Source of the DNA: a virus
Taxonomy: Duplodnaviria > Caudoviricetes
Strand: one strand, 5' to 3'
IMG/VR virus record: IMGVR_UViG_3300005573_000075
Location: 1 to 64,000 of that record
DNA length: 64,000 bases
The translations under genes and the position numbers were made by a program. The notes below the pieces were generated by a model. That model saw only the letters and a list, made by a program, of their open reading frames with translations, had not been told where the DNA came from and ran no database searches. This document shows positions 44,475-56,096 of the stretch, one piece after another (positions within the stretch are counted from its first letter, which is position 1; every line of letters starts with the position of its first letter).

Positions 44475-46307
44475 ATGCCTGGTGAAAATATATCTGCAGC
44501 TCAAGAAGAGTTTAGTAAAATGTTAAAAGCTGCTCAAGAAACATTTAAGGAAATAGATAAAGTATCGGCAGATTCTAATGCTTTAAAAATTGCATTGCAT
44601 AAAACTTATGAAGCTCAATTAATAGACTTATTAAAAGGATTTGGTACAGAAGCAGGAAAACAACTTGCAGCACTTACTAAAGAAACAGAAGTATATGCAA
44701 GACAATTTGGAGAAGCGCAGAAAAAAGTAGAACAAGCAACAATAGCAACTGGAAATGATTTTGTAATGGTTACTGACAAATATAAAGAAGCTATAATTGA
44801 ACAAATAGAAGCTCAAAAGCAATATGAAAATGGATTGGCTGGAATAAAAGCAGCTACAGAAGCATATTTACAAGCAGAAAAGTCATTAGAAGAAGCGGTT
44901 CGGAAGTCTGTAGTTTTACGAGAGCAAGCAAAAGAGCAAGCAAAAAAAGATGCTGAGTTGGAAAAAAAGGCTCAAGATTTAAGAAAAGCTTCTATAGCAG
45001 GGTATACCACATATATAGATGCACTTAAAAAAGGAGCAGGGGATACCCCTATAATTAAAAATTTAGGGCAATCAATTTATTCTCTTTCTGCGGCTTTCAA
45101 ATTTTTTGGATTAACAAGTTTTAAAGGAATAGCAGAAAACATAGCAAAATTAACAGAAACAATAGGCCCAGTTACAAGTATATTTATGCGATTAGGTTCT
45201 TCTATAGGGGCCGCCCTTTTAGCCGCATTTCAAGCAGTTCAACGAAATCTTCAATTTATTTCTTCTCTAGCACAAACTACTAGTCTTACTACTAAAGGGT
45301 TAACTGATACATCTGCAGCATTAACAGAACAATTACGTGGTTCAATAGGAGTAATGGATACCACTACGTTTGGAATAAATAATTTAACCACTACATTAAA
45401 AAAAGTTATAACTGCTATACCATTAACAGGAGATGTAATAAATAATGTTGGGGCTGTGGTAACTTCGAATATACAATACTTAGCTAGAGGTTTTGTAACA
45501 TTAGGTTTTTCAGCAAGCGATGCACTATCAAATGTAGAAAATTTAGCTGAAAAAGGGATAGTTGAATTTACTAATAGATTAACAACAGGCGTTTCTAAAT
45601 CGATACAAAGTCTTTTGGGTTTTATAAATGAATTAAGAAATTTTGGAATTAATACTGCAAGTGCTTTAAATTTTGTTAAAGAATCATATCCGGCATATCA
45701 AAAATTAGGATTAAGTATAAGTGATTTCTCTAAAGGATTTGGGTATTTAGGGAAAATATTAGGCGAGATTAGAGAGAAAGGAAAAGATGCTTTTTCATTA
45801 TTTTTGAAAAGCTCTGAAGGAATGTTAAGCACTATGAAATTAATAGCTAGTGAAGGAGATAAATTAACCGGTATGACTTTAGTAGGCTATCGTATGATAG
45901 CTGGAGTAGGACCTACTAATGTTTTTTCTAATGTTATGGATTTAGTAAAAAACCCTATGTCTACTATGCAGAAATTTTCTTTACAGGCAAGTACTATGTT
46001 TAATTTATTAGGTAAAGATATAAATACTTTTATGACATATACATACAGTAAAAGTGATGCTATGGCTAAAATATTCAGCGAAATATGGGAAAATGCTAGA
46101 GAGAATACTGATACATTTACAAAAAATTTACAAGCACTTGGGCGAGGGGAGACAATAAAAGGGTTAACTATTAATCAAGAATTGGTTAGATTGGCACAAA
46201 GTCAATTAGATCCTTTAAGTTTAATGGTTAGATATTTAGAGCAGATCGTTTATTGGTTGGAATCTAAAGGTTCTTGGCTAGTTAGAATTGCAATGAAAGC
46301 GGTATAA
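44475..46307 (+). CDS. tape measure protein
   Basis: Ala/Leu/Thr-rich helical, follows the chaperone pair. Confidence 0.85.
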   Translation: MPGENISAAQEEFSKMLKAAQETFKEIDKVSADSNALKIALHKTYEAQLIDLLKGFGTEAGKQLAALTKETEVYARQFGEAQKKVEQATIATGNDFVMVTDKYKEAIIEQIEAQKQYENGLAGIKAATEAYLQAEKSLEEAVRKSVVLREQAKEQAKKDAELEKKAQDLRKASIAGYTTYIDALKKGAGDTPIIKNLGQSIYSLSAAFKFFGLTSFKGIAENIAKLTETIGPVTSIFMRLGSSIGAALLAAFQAVQRNLQFISSLAQTTSLTTKGLTDTSAALTEQLRGSIGVMDTTTFGINNLTTTLKKVITAIPLTGDVINNVGAVVTSNIQYLARGFVTLGFSASDALSNVENLAEKGIVEFTNRLTTGVSKSIQSLLGFINELRNFGINTASALNFVKESYPAYQKLGLSISDFSKGFGYLGKILGEIREKGKDAFSLFLKSSEGMLSTMKLIASEGDKLTGMTLVGYRMIAGVGPTNVFSNVMDLVKNPMSTMQKFSLQASTMFNLLGKDINTFMTYTYSKSDAMAKIFSEIWENARENTDTFTKNLQALGRGETIKGLTINQELVRLAQSQLDPLSLMVRYLEQIVYWLESKGSWLVRIAMKAV

Positions 46308-46323
46308 TAAATAGGAGTAATAG

Positions 46324-46965
46324 ATGGGAATAACACAATATTTAATTCCTGAATTAAAAGATCGGAGAGTATTATATTATCCCGCAGAGAGTTTTGCAGC
46401 AATAGAAGAAAAGTTAGGGAAAGAAAAATTGAAAACAGAATTATTCAAAATATCTACGTTTAATTTTAGTAAATTAAAAGAACCTTTAACAAAATTTGTA
46501 AAAAGGTATTATGATTATGATGCTAATCCATTTAAAGGAGTGAATAAACTTAAAAAAATAGAATTTCCTAATGTAAATAAAGTGGATTTCAGAATGAATA
46601 GAGATGTCAGCGAAATTTATGGATTATACGGATTTGAATTAGTGCCTTGGTATGTGAAAGCGAATACGCTGGTTATAACAGGTACATATTATTTTGGAGG
46701 AATAATTTCAGAAGTTGATATTTTAGATAGTGATTTAGTATATAATAAGATTAAAGAAGATTTATTTGATACAGATAAGAAAATAAATACAACAGATAAA
46801 CATAAATCTTTAATAACTGTAGGGAGAATTACAGAAGCTAATAGTATAGCATTAGTAGGAATAATAAAACGATTTGATATAGAAGAATCTACTGAAAGTC
46901 AATTTACTTTTACATATACTGTTGAATTTGTAGGGATTGATTTGTGGGGGTACCTAGGTGATTAG
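46324..46965 (+). CDS. tail tube initiator / baseplate-proximal protein
   Basis: Position after the tape measure; tube-like beta pattern. Confidence 0.55.
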   Translation: MGITQYLIPELKDRRVLYYPAESFAAIEEKLGKEKLKTELFKISTFNFSKLKEPLTKFVKRYYDYDANPFKGVNKLKKIEFPNVNKVDFRMNRDVSEIYGLYGFELVPWYVKANTLVITGTYYFGGIISEVDILDSDLVYNKIKEDLFDTDKKINTTDKHKSLITVGRITEANSIALVGIIKRFDIEESTESQFTFTYTVEFVGIDLWGYLGD

Positions 46966-49900
46966 AGAGGAATTTAAATTAAATTTCAAAGTGTATGTTT
47001 ATCATTTTAAAGATGTGTATAATCTATTAAAAGCGTATAGCTTAGAATCATTAGTTTTTACAAACATAGATAAATATAAATTCCAAAACGATTCTGTAAT
47101 TCCTTTATTCTCTACTTTATTTAGTATCCAATCACAGGTTGAAATTAGTCAAGATAGTAAAATAATAAAATTAAAAGATAATATAGATAATCCAGTGAAA
47201 AATTATTATTCTTTGCTATCTTCTTATATTGAGGAAAATTATAAATCATTCCCATGGCTTTTAAGTGTGTTAGATAAATCTGCGGAGAAAAAAGAATATA
47301 TTAAGAAGTTTTTAAATACATTAAAAGACAATTTAATTGAAGATTTTACAAAAAATATAGATAATATTAGTAATGGAAAAATAACAATAGAGAAAAAGGA
47401 TATTACTAAATTTGTATTATCTATAAATCATTCCAATTCAGTAGAACAACCTTCTAATAAAGCCACTATAAATATAAATATAGATAGAAGATCTTCCATA
47501 TATGAACAAATTAAAAATGAATTATATGATAAAGATACTAATGAACTTTTAATAAGTGAAAATGATATTGTAGAAATCAGAGTAAAATATCCAAAAATAT
47601 ATGATCCTTTTCCTGGCGAATATTATGATGATGATGGGTATTACAGAATGTTTATTGGGTTTATTTCTGAATTAAAAATATCAAAAAGTGCTTTAGAATA
47701 TATGTCTTTATCCTTGCAATGCGAAGGAATATATAAAATATTAGAATTGCAAAAAGCTATATATACTACTGCTTTAGGGCAATCTCAGCTTTTTGAAAAA
47801 AATACAGAATTACAAGATGTGAATGTAAATATTTTTCAAAATAAATTTACTAGAATGTCAGCTAAAGCAATATTTGAAGATATATTATCCTCCATATTTT
47901 TAAATGGTTCAAATGAAAATATTAATGAATTATTAGAAAAAGAATCTACTTTAAAAATTAAAATACCTACAGCGAGTAATGCTTTTTCTTATGATATACC
48001 ATTAAAACAAGATATAGATAAAGTTAATTTTCAATTTATAACTTATATTCCTTTATTATATATTTTAGTAAAATTTATAGAAACTAGAGATACCACTAGC
48101 AAATTAGATCTTTCTTTTATATCCGCATACCATGACGGTATAGATATTCCACCTTACGAATTAGCTATTCAAGAGGCGTTCAGATTATTTTACCCTGTGT
48201 TAAAAACACCTTTAGATATACTAAGAGAAGTAGTTATTAACACTTTTTGTGAATTTTTTGAAAATGATCAAGGGGTGCTTATATTGCGCACCCCAAAATA
48301 TAACCAAATAGATTTATTTTATGATTTTTTAGAAAAAAATAATTCCGAAATTAAAACAGATAATAGAATAACATTAGATAAAGATATAACAGATGTAAAT
48401 TCGGATTATATTATAATCCCAGAGAATATTATTTCTTACTCATATGATCAAAAAGATCCTTCTATAGTAACCAGAAGCGATATGCAATTTTATTTCCCAT
48501 TAAATGGACAACCTTTGCCTACTTACACAGGACATTATACTGATCCTTATCTGTTAGCTAAATATGGTATGCGGCCGGTAGAGCCAATGAACAATCCTTT
48601 AAGTATTAATCCGGCTATAGCAGAAGTGTTATCTCCCTTAGTATTAGCAAATAAGAATAAAAACGCTAGAATTATACAGATTGAAGTTATAAATAATAAG
48701 CCATATAAATTAGGCTATCTGTATTTTATTCCTACTGATTCTTCATATAAAGAACCATTGATTAATTCTGAAATTAATACTACTCTTGAAGGGGTGGAAA
48801 AAAGGATATATGGGTATGTAGGATATTTAGAACAGAAACAATCTTCCTATGCTCCTTTTAAAGGATTTACTACAACTTTGACATTTACTTATGTTAGAAA
48901 AGCAAATATAATTGCTAAACAAGTAAAAGGAGAAAATTTTGTTACAAAACCAACTTATCAAAAATATATAGAATTTAAAAAGTTACCAGATACTGAAACC
49001 ATTTTAAATTTAGCTTTTAAATTTAATGTAGATAAAGCTCAAGGAATGGTAGAAAAGCAAACTCCAGCGGAGAAAGAAAAAGCTTCTTCTATAACTACTT
49101 CAGAAATTAGTGAAAATGGGTTTTATATAATACCTAATGGAGAATTATCTTACAAATATAATTATAAAAGGGAAGTATTAGAAAATTCAAGTGTATCATC
49201 AGAAAATATTGAAGATTTTTTATACCCTTTTGCTGTACGGGGAAAATTTGAAAGCACGGTAGAAGCTTTTGATAATACACCTAAAAATAAATATTTTCTT
49301 TCTTATTTGACTATATTAGATAAATTAACATTAGAGACTTCTTATGAAATCGCATTTGAAAAATATAATAAATTTTTTAAACCAAGTATTGAGAATTTTG
49401 TTAAAGCAGTAATTAGAGATTATATAGATGCTAATAAACTAAAAATAGCAGAGGTAGAAAAAAGGCTTAAAGAAGTAACAATTGATTTTTCCACTATTGA
49501 AGTTAATATAACTAAACTAACAAATATAAAATTAAAACCAGCAACTGTTTTGACTAACAAGGTATTTTGGATTACTGTTAAAAGTAATACAGGAGATTCT
49601 AATTTTGATAGAATTGCACGATCTTTTGGGTTTATAGCATGTTATCCATTGAATAAACTTCCTAAGCCTTCTTATTATGCCATATGGAAAGAAGGGAATT
49701 CTAAAGAAGAAGGATATATTTTAAAAGGATTTGATTTTCAAAAATCTATTGAAATAACTAATGATGATTTTTTATATAATATATTTATATTTAGAACAAC
49801 GTCTTCAGATAAGGTTAAGGGATATGACATTCAAGATATGTTAACTCGAAGAGTACTTTATACTAATAAAAATGCAATACATGCCAATTATAACTTTGCT

Positions 49901-50446
49901 AACTATTATAAAGATTATAGCATTTATAGTGTAATAAAACCTATGGACACAGAATTTGAATTTTATAAAGTAATATTTGTTATTCCTAGTGAAATCCAAT
50001 TTAGGGGAACTACTGCTGAAGGTATACAAATGGAAGAGTCACAGATAGAAGTAAGTAAATTAAATATTGATATTCCATACAGTGGAAGATGGTTTCTTTA
50101 TGAAAAAGCACCTAATGAAATTAAGTTTACAAATATTGAGAGATTTATAGAATATGAGGATTCTAAGTATGGAGATACATTAAAAGAATTTGAAGAGAAT
50201 ATGCAAAATTTTTATTCGTTGAGAAGATTTAATTCAATAGATAATGATAATAGTCTATTATTAGTATGGAATTTTGTATATTTAGATAAAGAATTTGAAA
50301 TTTTTAAAAAAGAAGTAAAAAATTTATATGCATTTAATTATGCTACTTGGGAAACAGGTACAGGTAAAAATACAGATTTTGCTGATGTATATTCTGGCAA
50401 GGTATTAAATCTCAATGAGGTAAGAACAAATGAATTTAGTCTTTGA
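46958..50446 (+). CDS. baseplate hub protein (large)
   Basis: Position before the spike; FCEFFENDQGVLILRTPKY and KYGMR segments typical of hub proteins. Confidence 0.65.
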   Translation: MIREEFKLNFKVYVYHFKDVYNLLKAYSLESLVFTNIDKYKFQNDSVIPLFSTLFSIQSQVEISQDSKIIKLKDNIDNPVKNYYSLLSSYIEENYKSFPWLLSVLDKSAEKKEYIKKFLNTLKDNLIEDFTKNIDNISNGKITIEKKDITKFVLSINHSNSVEQPSNKATININIDRRSSIYEQIKNELYDKDTNELLISENDIVEIRVKYPKIYDPFPGEYYDDDGYYRMFIGFISELKISKSALEYMSLSLQCEGIYKILELQKAIYTTALGQSQLFEKNTELQDVNVNIFQNKFTRMSAKAIFEDILSSIFLNGSNENINELLEKESTLKIKIPTASNAFSYDIPLKQDIDKVNFQFITYIPLLYILVKFIETRDTTSKLDLSFISAYHDGIDIPPYELAIQEAFRLFYPVLKTPLDILREVVINTFCEFFENDQGVLILRTPKYNQIDLFYDFLEKNNSEIKTDNRITLDKDITDVNSDYIIIPENIISYSYDQKDPSIVTRSDMQFYFPLNGQPLPTYTGHYTDPYLLAKYGMRPVEPMNNPLSINPAIAEVLSPLVLANKNKNARIIQIEVINNKPYKLGYLYFIPTDSSYKEPLINSEINTTLEGVEKRIYGYVGYLEQKQSSYAPFKGFTTTLTFTYVRKANIIAKQVKGENFVTKPTYQKYIEFKKLPDTETILNLAFKFNVDKAQGMVEKQTPAEKEKASSITTSEISENGFYIIPNGELSYKYNYKREVLENSSVSSENIEDFLYPFAVRGKFESTVEAFDNTPKNKYFLSYLTILDKLTLETSYEIAFEKYNKFFKPSIENFVKAVIRDYIDANKLKIAEVEKRLKEVTIDFSTIEVNITKLTNIKLKPATVLTNKVFWITVKSNTGDSNFDRIARSFGFIACYPLNKLPKPSYYAIWKEGNSKEEGYILKGFDFQKSIEITNDDFLYNIFIFRTTSSDKVKGYDIQDMLTRRVLYTNKNAIHANYNFANYYKDYSIYSVIKPMDTEFEFYKVIFVIPSEIQFRGTTAEGIQMEESQIEVSKLNIDIPYSGRWFLYEKAPNEIKFTNIERFIEYEDSKYGDTLKEFEENMQNFYSLRRFNSIDNDNSLLLVWNFVYLDKEFEIFKKEVKNLYAFNYATWETGTGKNTDFADVYSGKVLNLNEVRTNEFSL

Positions 50447-51731
50447 GATAGGGCAAGTAATAAGATATTACCCGGACGAATTAGCTGCAGATGTCCAGAA
50501 TTCTATAGGGATTATATATCAAAAAGTGCCGTTTGTTACTTCTTCATCTATTGTTATAGGCCCTCTGGAACCTTATATAAAAGAATCTCCTTTAGAAGAT
50601 ACTCCGCCAGAAAAAGCGCCTACAAAAGGAAGATTGATAAATACAGGCTCTTTTGTGTTATTAGGAAGGTTTCCTAATATAGATAAGGTAGCTATAATTA
50701 GTGTGTTAAATGACGATTTAACTATATTAGGGTCTACAGGATTAAATGTTAATCTATCTAGAAATTTCCCTTTATTATCATTAGTAGAATCGGGGGATAT
50801 ACTATTTACAGCGTTAGGTAAATATAAAGAAGATCCCTTTGTAGATATAAATGATACTCCTAATAGATTTAAAAGGGAATACGGTTCCTGGTTATTGTTA
50901 AAACATTTTGGGGATGCTATATTATCAAATACCAATTCTTCCGCGATAGTATGGCTTTTGCACGATGGAAGTTTAAAATTATATGGTACTACTTATGAAA
51001 TTTTAGGGAAAACTTCTTCTTTGTATGAAACTGAAAATGGGGATTGTTTACTTTCTAGGGGTAATAGTATTCAAAGTGAAGATTGCTATGTAAAGTTATC
51101 TAAAGATAATGAGTTAATTCTTAAATTCCCTAATGGAACTATAGTAGGCAAAGAGGGGGAATTATCTGTAAATACAACCGATCTAAATTTAAATTCTACT
51201 AATGTTAATGTGCAAGCAGTGGAAGAATATAAGAATATAGAGGAAAGTAATACTTATTATACTAATTATAGTGTAACTGCTAATAATATAGATATATCTG
51301 CAAACTATTATACTAAAGTAATAGATAATATAGCTGAAAATATATCCAAGGATTCATATAGCTTAATCCTTACAAAAAGTAAGGATACATCAGAATTAAT
51401 TTATTCTATTGAAATAGGAGATAAAGTAAAATTAAGTGGAACCACATCTGAATATTCTATTGAGGTGGATAAGACTTCTTTAAGTTTAGATGAATCTAAC
51501 GCTACTTTAAATACTGATAAAATTAATATAAAAGCTAAAGAAGTAACTATAGATGTGGATGGTAATAAATTAGTTATAGATAAATCAGGGGTTAAGATTA
51601 AACCTACTACTATGGTGGAGGTTGGGGATAATCCTACCCATTTTGTTGTCGTCGCCCCAACTGCCGGCAGTGGGCCGGCGTTGTGGGGACAGCTGATGAT
51701 TACCCCTAAAATAAAGGTGAGTTTGACATGA
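50430..51731 (+). CDS. baseplate central spike (gpV/gp5-like)
   Basis: N-terminal OB-like region followed by repetitive short beta strands. Confidence 0.65.
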   Translation: MNLVFEIGQVIRYYPDELAADVQNSIGIIYQKVPFVTSSSIVIGPLEPYIKESPLEDTPPEKAPTKGRLINTGSFVLLGRFPNIDKVAIISVLNDDLTILGSTGLNVNLSRNFPLLSLVESGDILFTALGKYKEDPFVDINDTPNRFKREYGSWLLLKHFGDAILSNTNSSAIVWLLHDGSLKLYGTTYEILGKTSSLYETENGDCLLSRGNSIQSEDCYVKLSKDNELILKFPNGTIVGKEGELSVNTTDLNLNSTNVNVQAVEEYKNIEESNTYYTNYSVTANNIDISANYYTKVIDNIAENISKDSYSLILTKSKDTSELIYSIEIGDKVKLSGTTSEYSIEVDKTSLSLDESNATLNTDKINIKAKEVTIDVDGNKLVIDKSGVKIKPTTMVEVGDNPTHFVVVAPTAGSGPALWGQLMITPKIKVSLT

Positions 51732-52129
51732 ATTTATCTAATGCAGAAAAAGCAACATTGAAAAATTTATTGCTATCAATAAGGCAATTATTGACAGTAT
51801 ATAAAACCCGATTAGTCAATCAAGCTGTAATTATTTCAGCGGTTAAAGTACCGCTTGGGATGTATACAGGCGCCTATAAACCGGTGGAGTACAAGAAACC
51901 TTACATCTTAAATGCAAATAATTACATAAAAAAAGGGGGAGAGAGTTCTGTTGAATCGGATCAATTATTTTTGAATGCAAGTAAATATACCCAAACATAT
52001 GAGAGTATAAAAAAATTTTACAATATAACGGGTATATATATAGAGGGCGACTTTATGCGTTGCACTCGTGAAATTGATAATTTAAGCAAAAACATAGAAT
52101 ATATTGATAAAGTGATACAGGAACTTTGA
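51728..52129 (+). CDS. hypothetical baseplate-region protein
   Basis: Overlap-coupled. Confidence 0.55.
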   Translation: MNLSNAEKATLKNLLLSIRQLLTVYKTRLVNQAVIISAVKVPLGMYTGAYKPVEYKKPYILNANNYIKKGGESSVESDQLFLNASKYTQTYESIKKFYNITGIYIEGDFMRCTREIDNLSKNIEYIDKVIQEL

Positions 52130-52584
52130 ACATGGAAACCATAACCTACAATTCAGAATCTTTTGATATAGGGATATCCGACAATGACATAGCTACTTCG
52201 GATTATACTGATCCCAAAATTCTAGTTGATAGGTTCATAAGATGTTTAGTGACAAAACCTTTTCAAATACCGCTTGTTGATGGGGGGAGTAATTCTACTA
52301 GAATGTTAGATTTAATTAATCAAAGATATTCTGATGAATTACTCATATATATTCGTTCATTTATTAATTCTGCTATGAATTTTGTTAATGATTATATAAA
52401 AGATAATGAAACAAATATAGTAACTACATATATGAAAGCTCACCTGGATGCTACAGAAGTTCCTATATATACTATAAGCGAGATAAAAGATATTACTATA
52501 GAGCAAAAGGCTAGCACATTAGAAGTGGCTATGACTTTAGTCATTGGGAAAAATACTTTCACGGTAATGATTGGAGGGGCATAA
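52126..52584 (+). CDS. baseplate wedge protein (gp25/W-like)
   Basis: Size and position before the J-like gene. Confidence 0.55.
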   Translation: MNMETITYNSESFDIGISDNDIATSDYTDPKILVDRFIRCLVTKPFQIPLVDGGSNSTRMLDLINQRYSDELLIYIRSFINSAMNFVNDYIKDNETNIVTTYMKAHLDATEVPIYTISEIKDITIEQKASTLEVAMTLVIGKNTFTVMIGGA

Positions 52585-52585
52585 G

Positions 52586-54070
52586 ATGGCATTTTTCACA
52601 CAGCAGCAATACATAGATTTACTAGTTAATGAAATAAAGAAATACAATCCTAACTTAGATGTTTCTGTAGGTTCAACTACCCGGGATGTTTTTGTATACC
52701 CTTCCGCAGCGGCATTATCGTATAACGCCGCGCTTCTGGAATTAACTTCTATTTCCCAATCGGTTTCATTGATTGTAGAAGCCATGGATAATACAGATTT
52801 AATTGCTAGATTAGCTGAAGCGTTGAATATTAGTCCTGTGGATGTAATAACATTATTGCAGCAGAGCATAGACAGGATAGGGAATAGTTTGAATTTAACC
52901 AGAAAAGCGGCTACTTACGCCAATGGTTTTGCCTATTTTTATGTATCTGGAGTACCTTCAAATGATTTAACAGTCCCTGTTAATACTGAAATTCAGACTT
53001 CTTATGGAGTGATTTATAAAGTTACGCAAACTACAGTTTTAATGGTAGCTAATATTAACCAATATTATAACCCTGTTTTGCAGAAATATGCGGTTTTAGT
53101 GCCGATACAGGCAGTAAATTCCGGTTCAAATTATAATGTTGCCGAGCGGGCATTGATATTTTTTGGGCAGAACCCACCTAATGGATTTGAAGGGGTAATC
53201 AATTTAGTGGCTATAAATAATGGTAAGGATATAGAAAGTTATACTGATTTTGCGGATAGGATAAAAACGACATATGCAGGGGTTAATATAGCCACAAAGA
53301 ACGGGTTGAAGGCGTTAATAACAAATAATATTTATGTTAATGATATCATTGTAATTACTTCTAATGACCCCGAAATGATTAGAAATGAAGGCAAAGGCGG
53401 GGTAGTAGATATCTATGTAAAGGAAAATAGTCCTACATTAGAAGCAGAAACATTTACATATAATACCACAGAACCATATATTTTAAGCAAACAACCGGTA
53501 TTAGATATTATCCAAATATCAGGAATACGTGGTGGGGTACAATATAGTTTTATAGAGAATACTGATTTTGTGTTGCAGTTTGACACTAATGCAATATCTA
53601 AAAATTCTACCATAGCAAAGGATAAAATAGTATTTATTAACCCACCAGATCCTAATACAGAATTTACTGTTACTTATGTTACCAATTATATCATGCAGCA
53701 AATAAAAGATTTATTATATCAAGATGATTATTTACCTTTAATGGGGAATGTAAAAGACAGCGTGGCTGTCAAGATGGGGGAAGAAGTAAAAATAGATATA
53801 AATGCAAAGGTTAATGTATTATCAAGTTATAGTAAAACTACCGTGGTAAATGATATTATTGGTAGAGTAAACGGATATATAAATGATTTAAAATTTGGGG
53901 AAGGGATAACTCAAAGTGATATTATAAATATTATAGAGAATACGCCAGGGGTTCAAAGCGTAGAAATCCCATTACTGAAATTTAATGTTTCTGGCCAATC
54001 GGAAGTAGTGGATAGGATTGATATAACTCAATTTGAGTATTTGGTACTCGGGGAGATTCTGATACAATGA
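52586..54070 (+). CDS. baseplate J-like wedge protein (start revised to 52586)
   Basis: LDVSVGSTTRDV, LTRKAATYANG, GKDIESYTDFADRI, GGVVDIYV, LKFGEGITQSDII. Confidence 0.88.
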   Translation: MAFFTQQQYIDLLVNEIKKYNPNLDVSVGSTTRDVFVYPSAAALSYNAALLELTSISQSVSLIVEAMDNTDLIARLAEALNISPVDVITLLQQSIDRIGNSLNLTRKAATYANGFAYFYVSGVPSNDLTVPVNTEIQTSYGVIYKVTQTTVLMVANINQYYNPVLQKYAVLVPIQAVNSGSNYNVAERALIFFGQNPPNGFEGVINLVAINNGKDIESYTDFADRIKTTYAGVNIATKNGLKALITNNIYVNDIIVITSNDPEMIRNEGKGGVVDIYVKENSPTLEAETFTYNTTEPYILSKQPVLDIIQISGIRGGVQYSFIENTDFVLQFDTNAISKNSTIAKDKIVFINPPDPNTEFTVTYVTNYIMQQIKDLLYQDDYLPLMGNVKDSVAVKMGEEVKIDINAKVNVLSSYSKTTVVNDIIGRVNGYINDLKFGEGITQSDIINIIENTPGVQSVEIPLLKFNVSGQSEVVDRIDITQFEYLVLGEILIQ

Positions 54071-54306
54071 TAATAACTCGCAATGAAGACAAAGCATCAG
54101 TAATAGCTTATTGGGAGCCAGTGCAAGGGGCAGTGGAATACAAAATAATGTTATCCGACAATGGATATAATTTTACCCTTGCCTTTTACACTTATAAAAA
54201 TTATTTTAAATATGATAATTTAAATCAATATAAATTATATACTTTTAAAGTAATAGCAATAGACAGTAATAATGGTGAAACTTTAATAGGAGAAGAACAA
54301 ATCTAA
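54067..54306 (+). CDS. single fibronectin type III-like domain protein
   Basis: WEPVQGAVEYKI..YDNLNQYKLYTFKVIAID. Confidence 0.75.
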   Translation: MIITRNEDKASVIAYWEPVQGAVEYKIMLSDNGYNFTLAFYTYKNYFKYDNLNQYKLYTFKVIAIDSNNGETLIGEEQI

Positions 54307-56087
54307 TGCTAAGTGGAATTTATTCAAATCATTATGATAATTTTGCAGAATTAGTAACTGCATTACCTAGTGATATTTTATACCCAAAAGATAGTTCTGT
54401 AATTCCATACAAAAAAGATTCTTTGTTCTTTTTCTATTTGCCTTCAGAAATTAACAGACCTTTAGATATATACATAAATGATAATTTTCTATACTCAGTA
54501 ACGGTTGATGATGAAGGATATTTATTTTTCTCAGAAGATATTCCTTATGGCGATTTTGAATTGAAAATCAAAAACGGGAATAATCTTGTTTATTCTAATA
54601 AATTTTCATCTAAGTATGCACACGAATTTGTTTATATTATCAGTCAACTATTCAAAGATTCTAAAATAGAATCTTTGAAATTATTTAATGATACATTTTT
54701 AATGGAAGGCGATTATTATTCTCAAAAGATAAGGGAAGGGGCTTTAACTGATAATTATGGTAGCTATTTTGATTTCCCTAAACCACCGGATTGGGATTAT
54801 GATTTCTATCATAAAGTCCTCATAGCCGCCAACCAATCCTTGCAAACTGCTAGCAGTTTGCAAGGGGTGAAGGGGATAATAAAAGTGGTAACCAATTATG
54901 ATATAGATATTGATAATTTATTGCCTTTGCAAGAATCTGAAGATTTTGTGGTAGGGGATTCCAATGTGGATAATCCTGTGAATTCTTTAATTCAAAAAGG
55001 ATTTACATATGTAGTAAAAATAAAACATCAAGGATTTGATAGGCAGGATGTTCCTGTAAAAAGAACAAGAAATTCCAATATAGATACATTAGATAATGAT
55101 TGGATAAATATATATGCTCCTGTGATATACAATGAGTATGATTTTTGGGGAGAAAGTTTTGATATTGACCCTAATAATAGAACATATACTTTTACAGGTG
55201 AATATTCTCAAAATTATATAAGTGTATACTTAAATGGATTATATATCCCCTCTACATTATATACTTTAAACAACAATTCCATTACATTAGCCAATTCGTT
55301 AGAATTGGCTAATGGGGATACTTTGTGGATTACAGGGTATAAATTTGATGATAGTTTATCCAAACGAGAAGAAGTATATACTATACCTGATAATAATCCT
55401 GTGGAATATACGCTTTCTTATCCCTGTATTCCTTCTACTTTAAGGGTATATTTAAATGGTTTAATGTTAGCAAGAAATGTTAGTTATACCTTTGATGGTA
55501 CAAAAGTAACTATTTTAACTGCTACTAAACAAGGGGATACGTTGATTTTAGAATATCATTCTCAGGGTAATAACTGGTATAAGCAAGAATATGCAATATT
55601 AAATAATTCACAATATACATTGAATACTTCAGCAAATTTAAAAAATGTATGGGTTTATCTTAATGGAATTAATTTAAGAGGAAATGGGTATGATTGGGAT
55701 ATAGCAAGTAATATTATAACTTTATATGTAAGTGTAACGGCTGGGGATAGTTTGTATGTAGAATATATTGAAGATATCCCTTATGGTAATAATGTTAAAA
55801 TTTATCAAGGAAATCAATTTTATTATCAAGATGTTGATTTTCTTATAAATTATCCTAAAGGGCAGGTGATATGGTTAACTCAAAACAAACCTGCAGATGA
55901 TTCTGTGTATTTTGCAAGTTATAATTATTTTCCTAAAACGATTTTAGAACATTTATTTAAATATGTAACTCCAGCAACTATAAGGATTAAACAGCAGTAT
56001 TTATACACAAAAGGGACACAAATATTAGTATATAACCCATATTTCTGGAATGGGCAAGAAAATCCAAGTGGGGATATAATTTTGTGA
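54306..56087 (+). CDS. baseplate wedge/tail protein with three internal beta repeats
   Basis: 3 x VYLNG..Y..IT..GD[T/S]LxxxY; position after the J-like gene. Confidence 0.65.
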   Translation: MLSGIYSNHYDNFAELVTALPSDILYPKDSSVIPYKKDSLFFFYLPSEINRPLDIYINDNFLYSVTVDDEGYLFFSEDIPYGDFELKIKNGNNLVYSNKFSSKYAHEFVYIISQLFKDSKIESLKLFNDTFLMEGDYYSQKIREGALTDNYGSYFDFPKPPDWDYDFYHKVLIAANQSLQTASSLQGVKGIIKVVTNYDIDIDNLLPLQESEDFVVGDSNVDNPVNSLIQKGFTYVVKIKHQGFDRQDVPVKRTRNSNIDTLDNDWINIYAPVIYNEYDFWGESFDIDPNNRTYTFTGEYSQNYISVYLNGLYIPSTLYTLNNNSITLANSLELANGDTLWITGYKFDDSLSKREEVYTIPDNNPVEYTLSYPCIPSTLRVYLNGLMLARNVSYTFDGTKVTILTATKQGDTLILEYHSQGNNWYKQEYAILNNSQYTLNTSANLKNVWVYLNGINLRGNGYDWDIASNIITLYVSVTAGDSLYVEYIEDIPYGNNVKIYQGNQFYYQDVDFLINYPKGQVIWLTQNKPADDSVYFASYNYFPKTILEHLFKYVTPATIRIKQQYLYTKGTQILVYNPYFWNGQENPSGDIIL

Positions 56088-56096
56088 GAGGTAAAA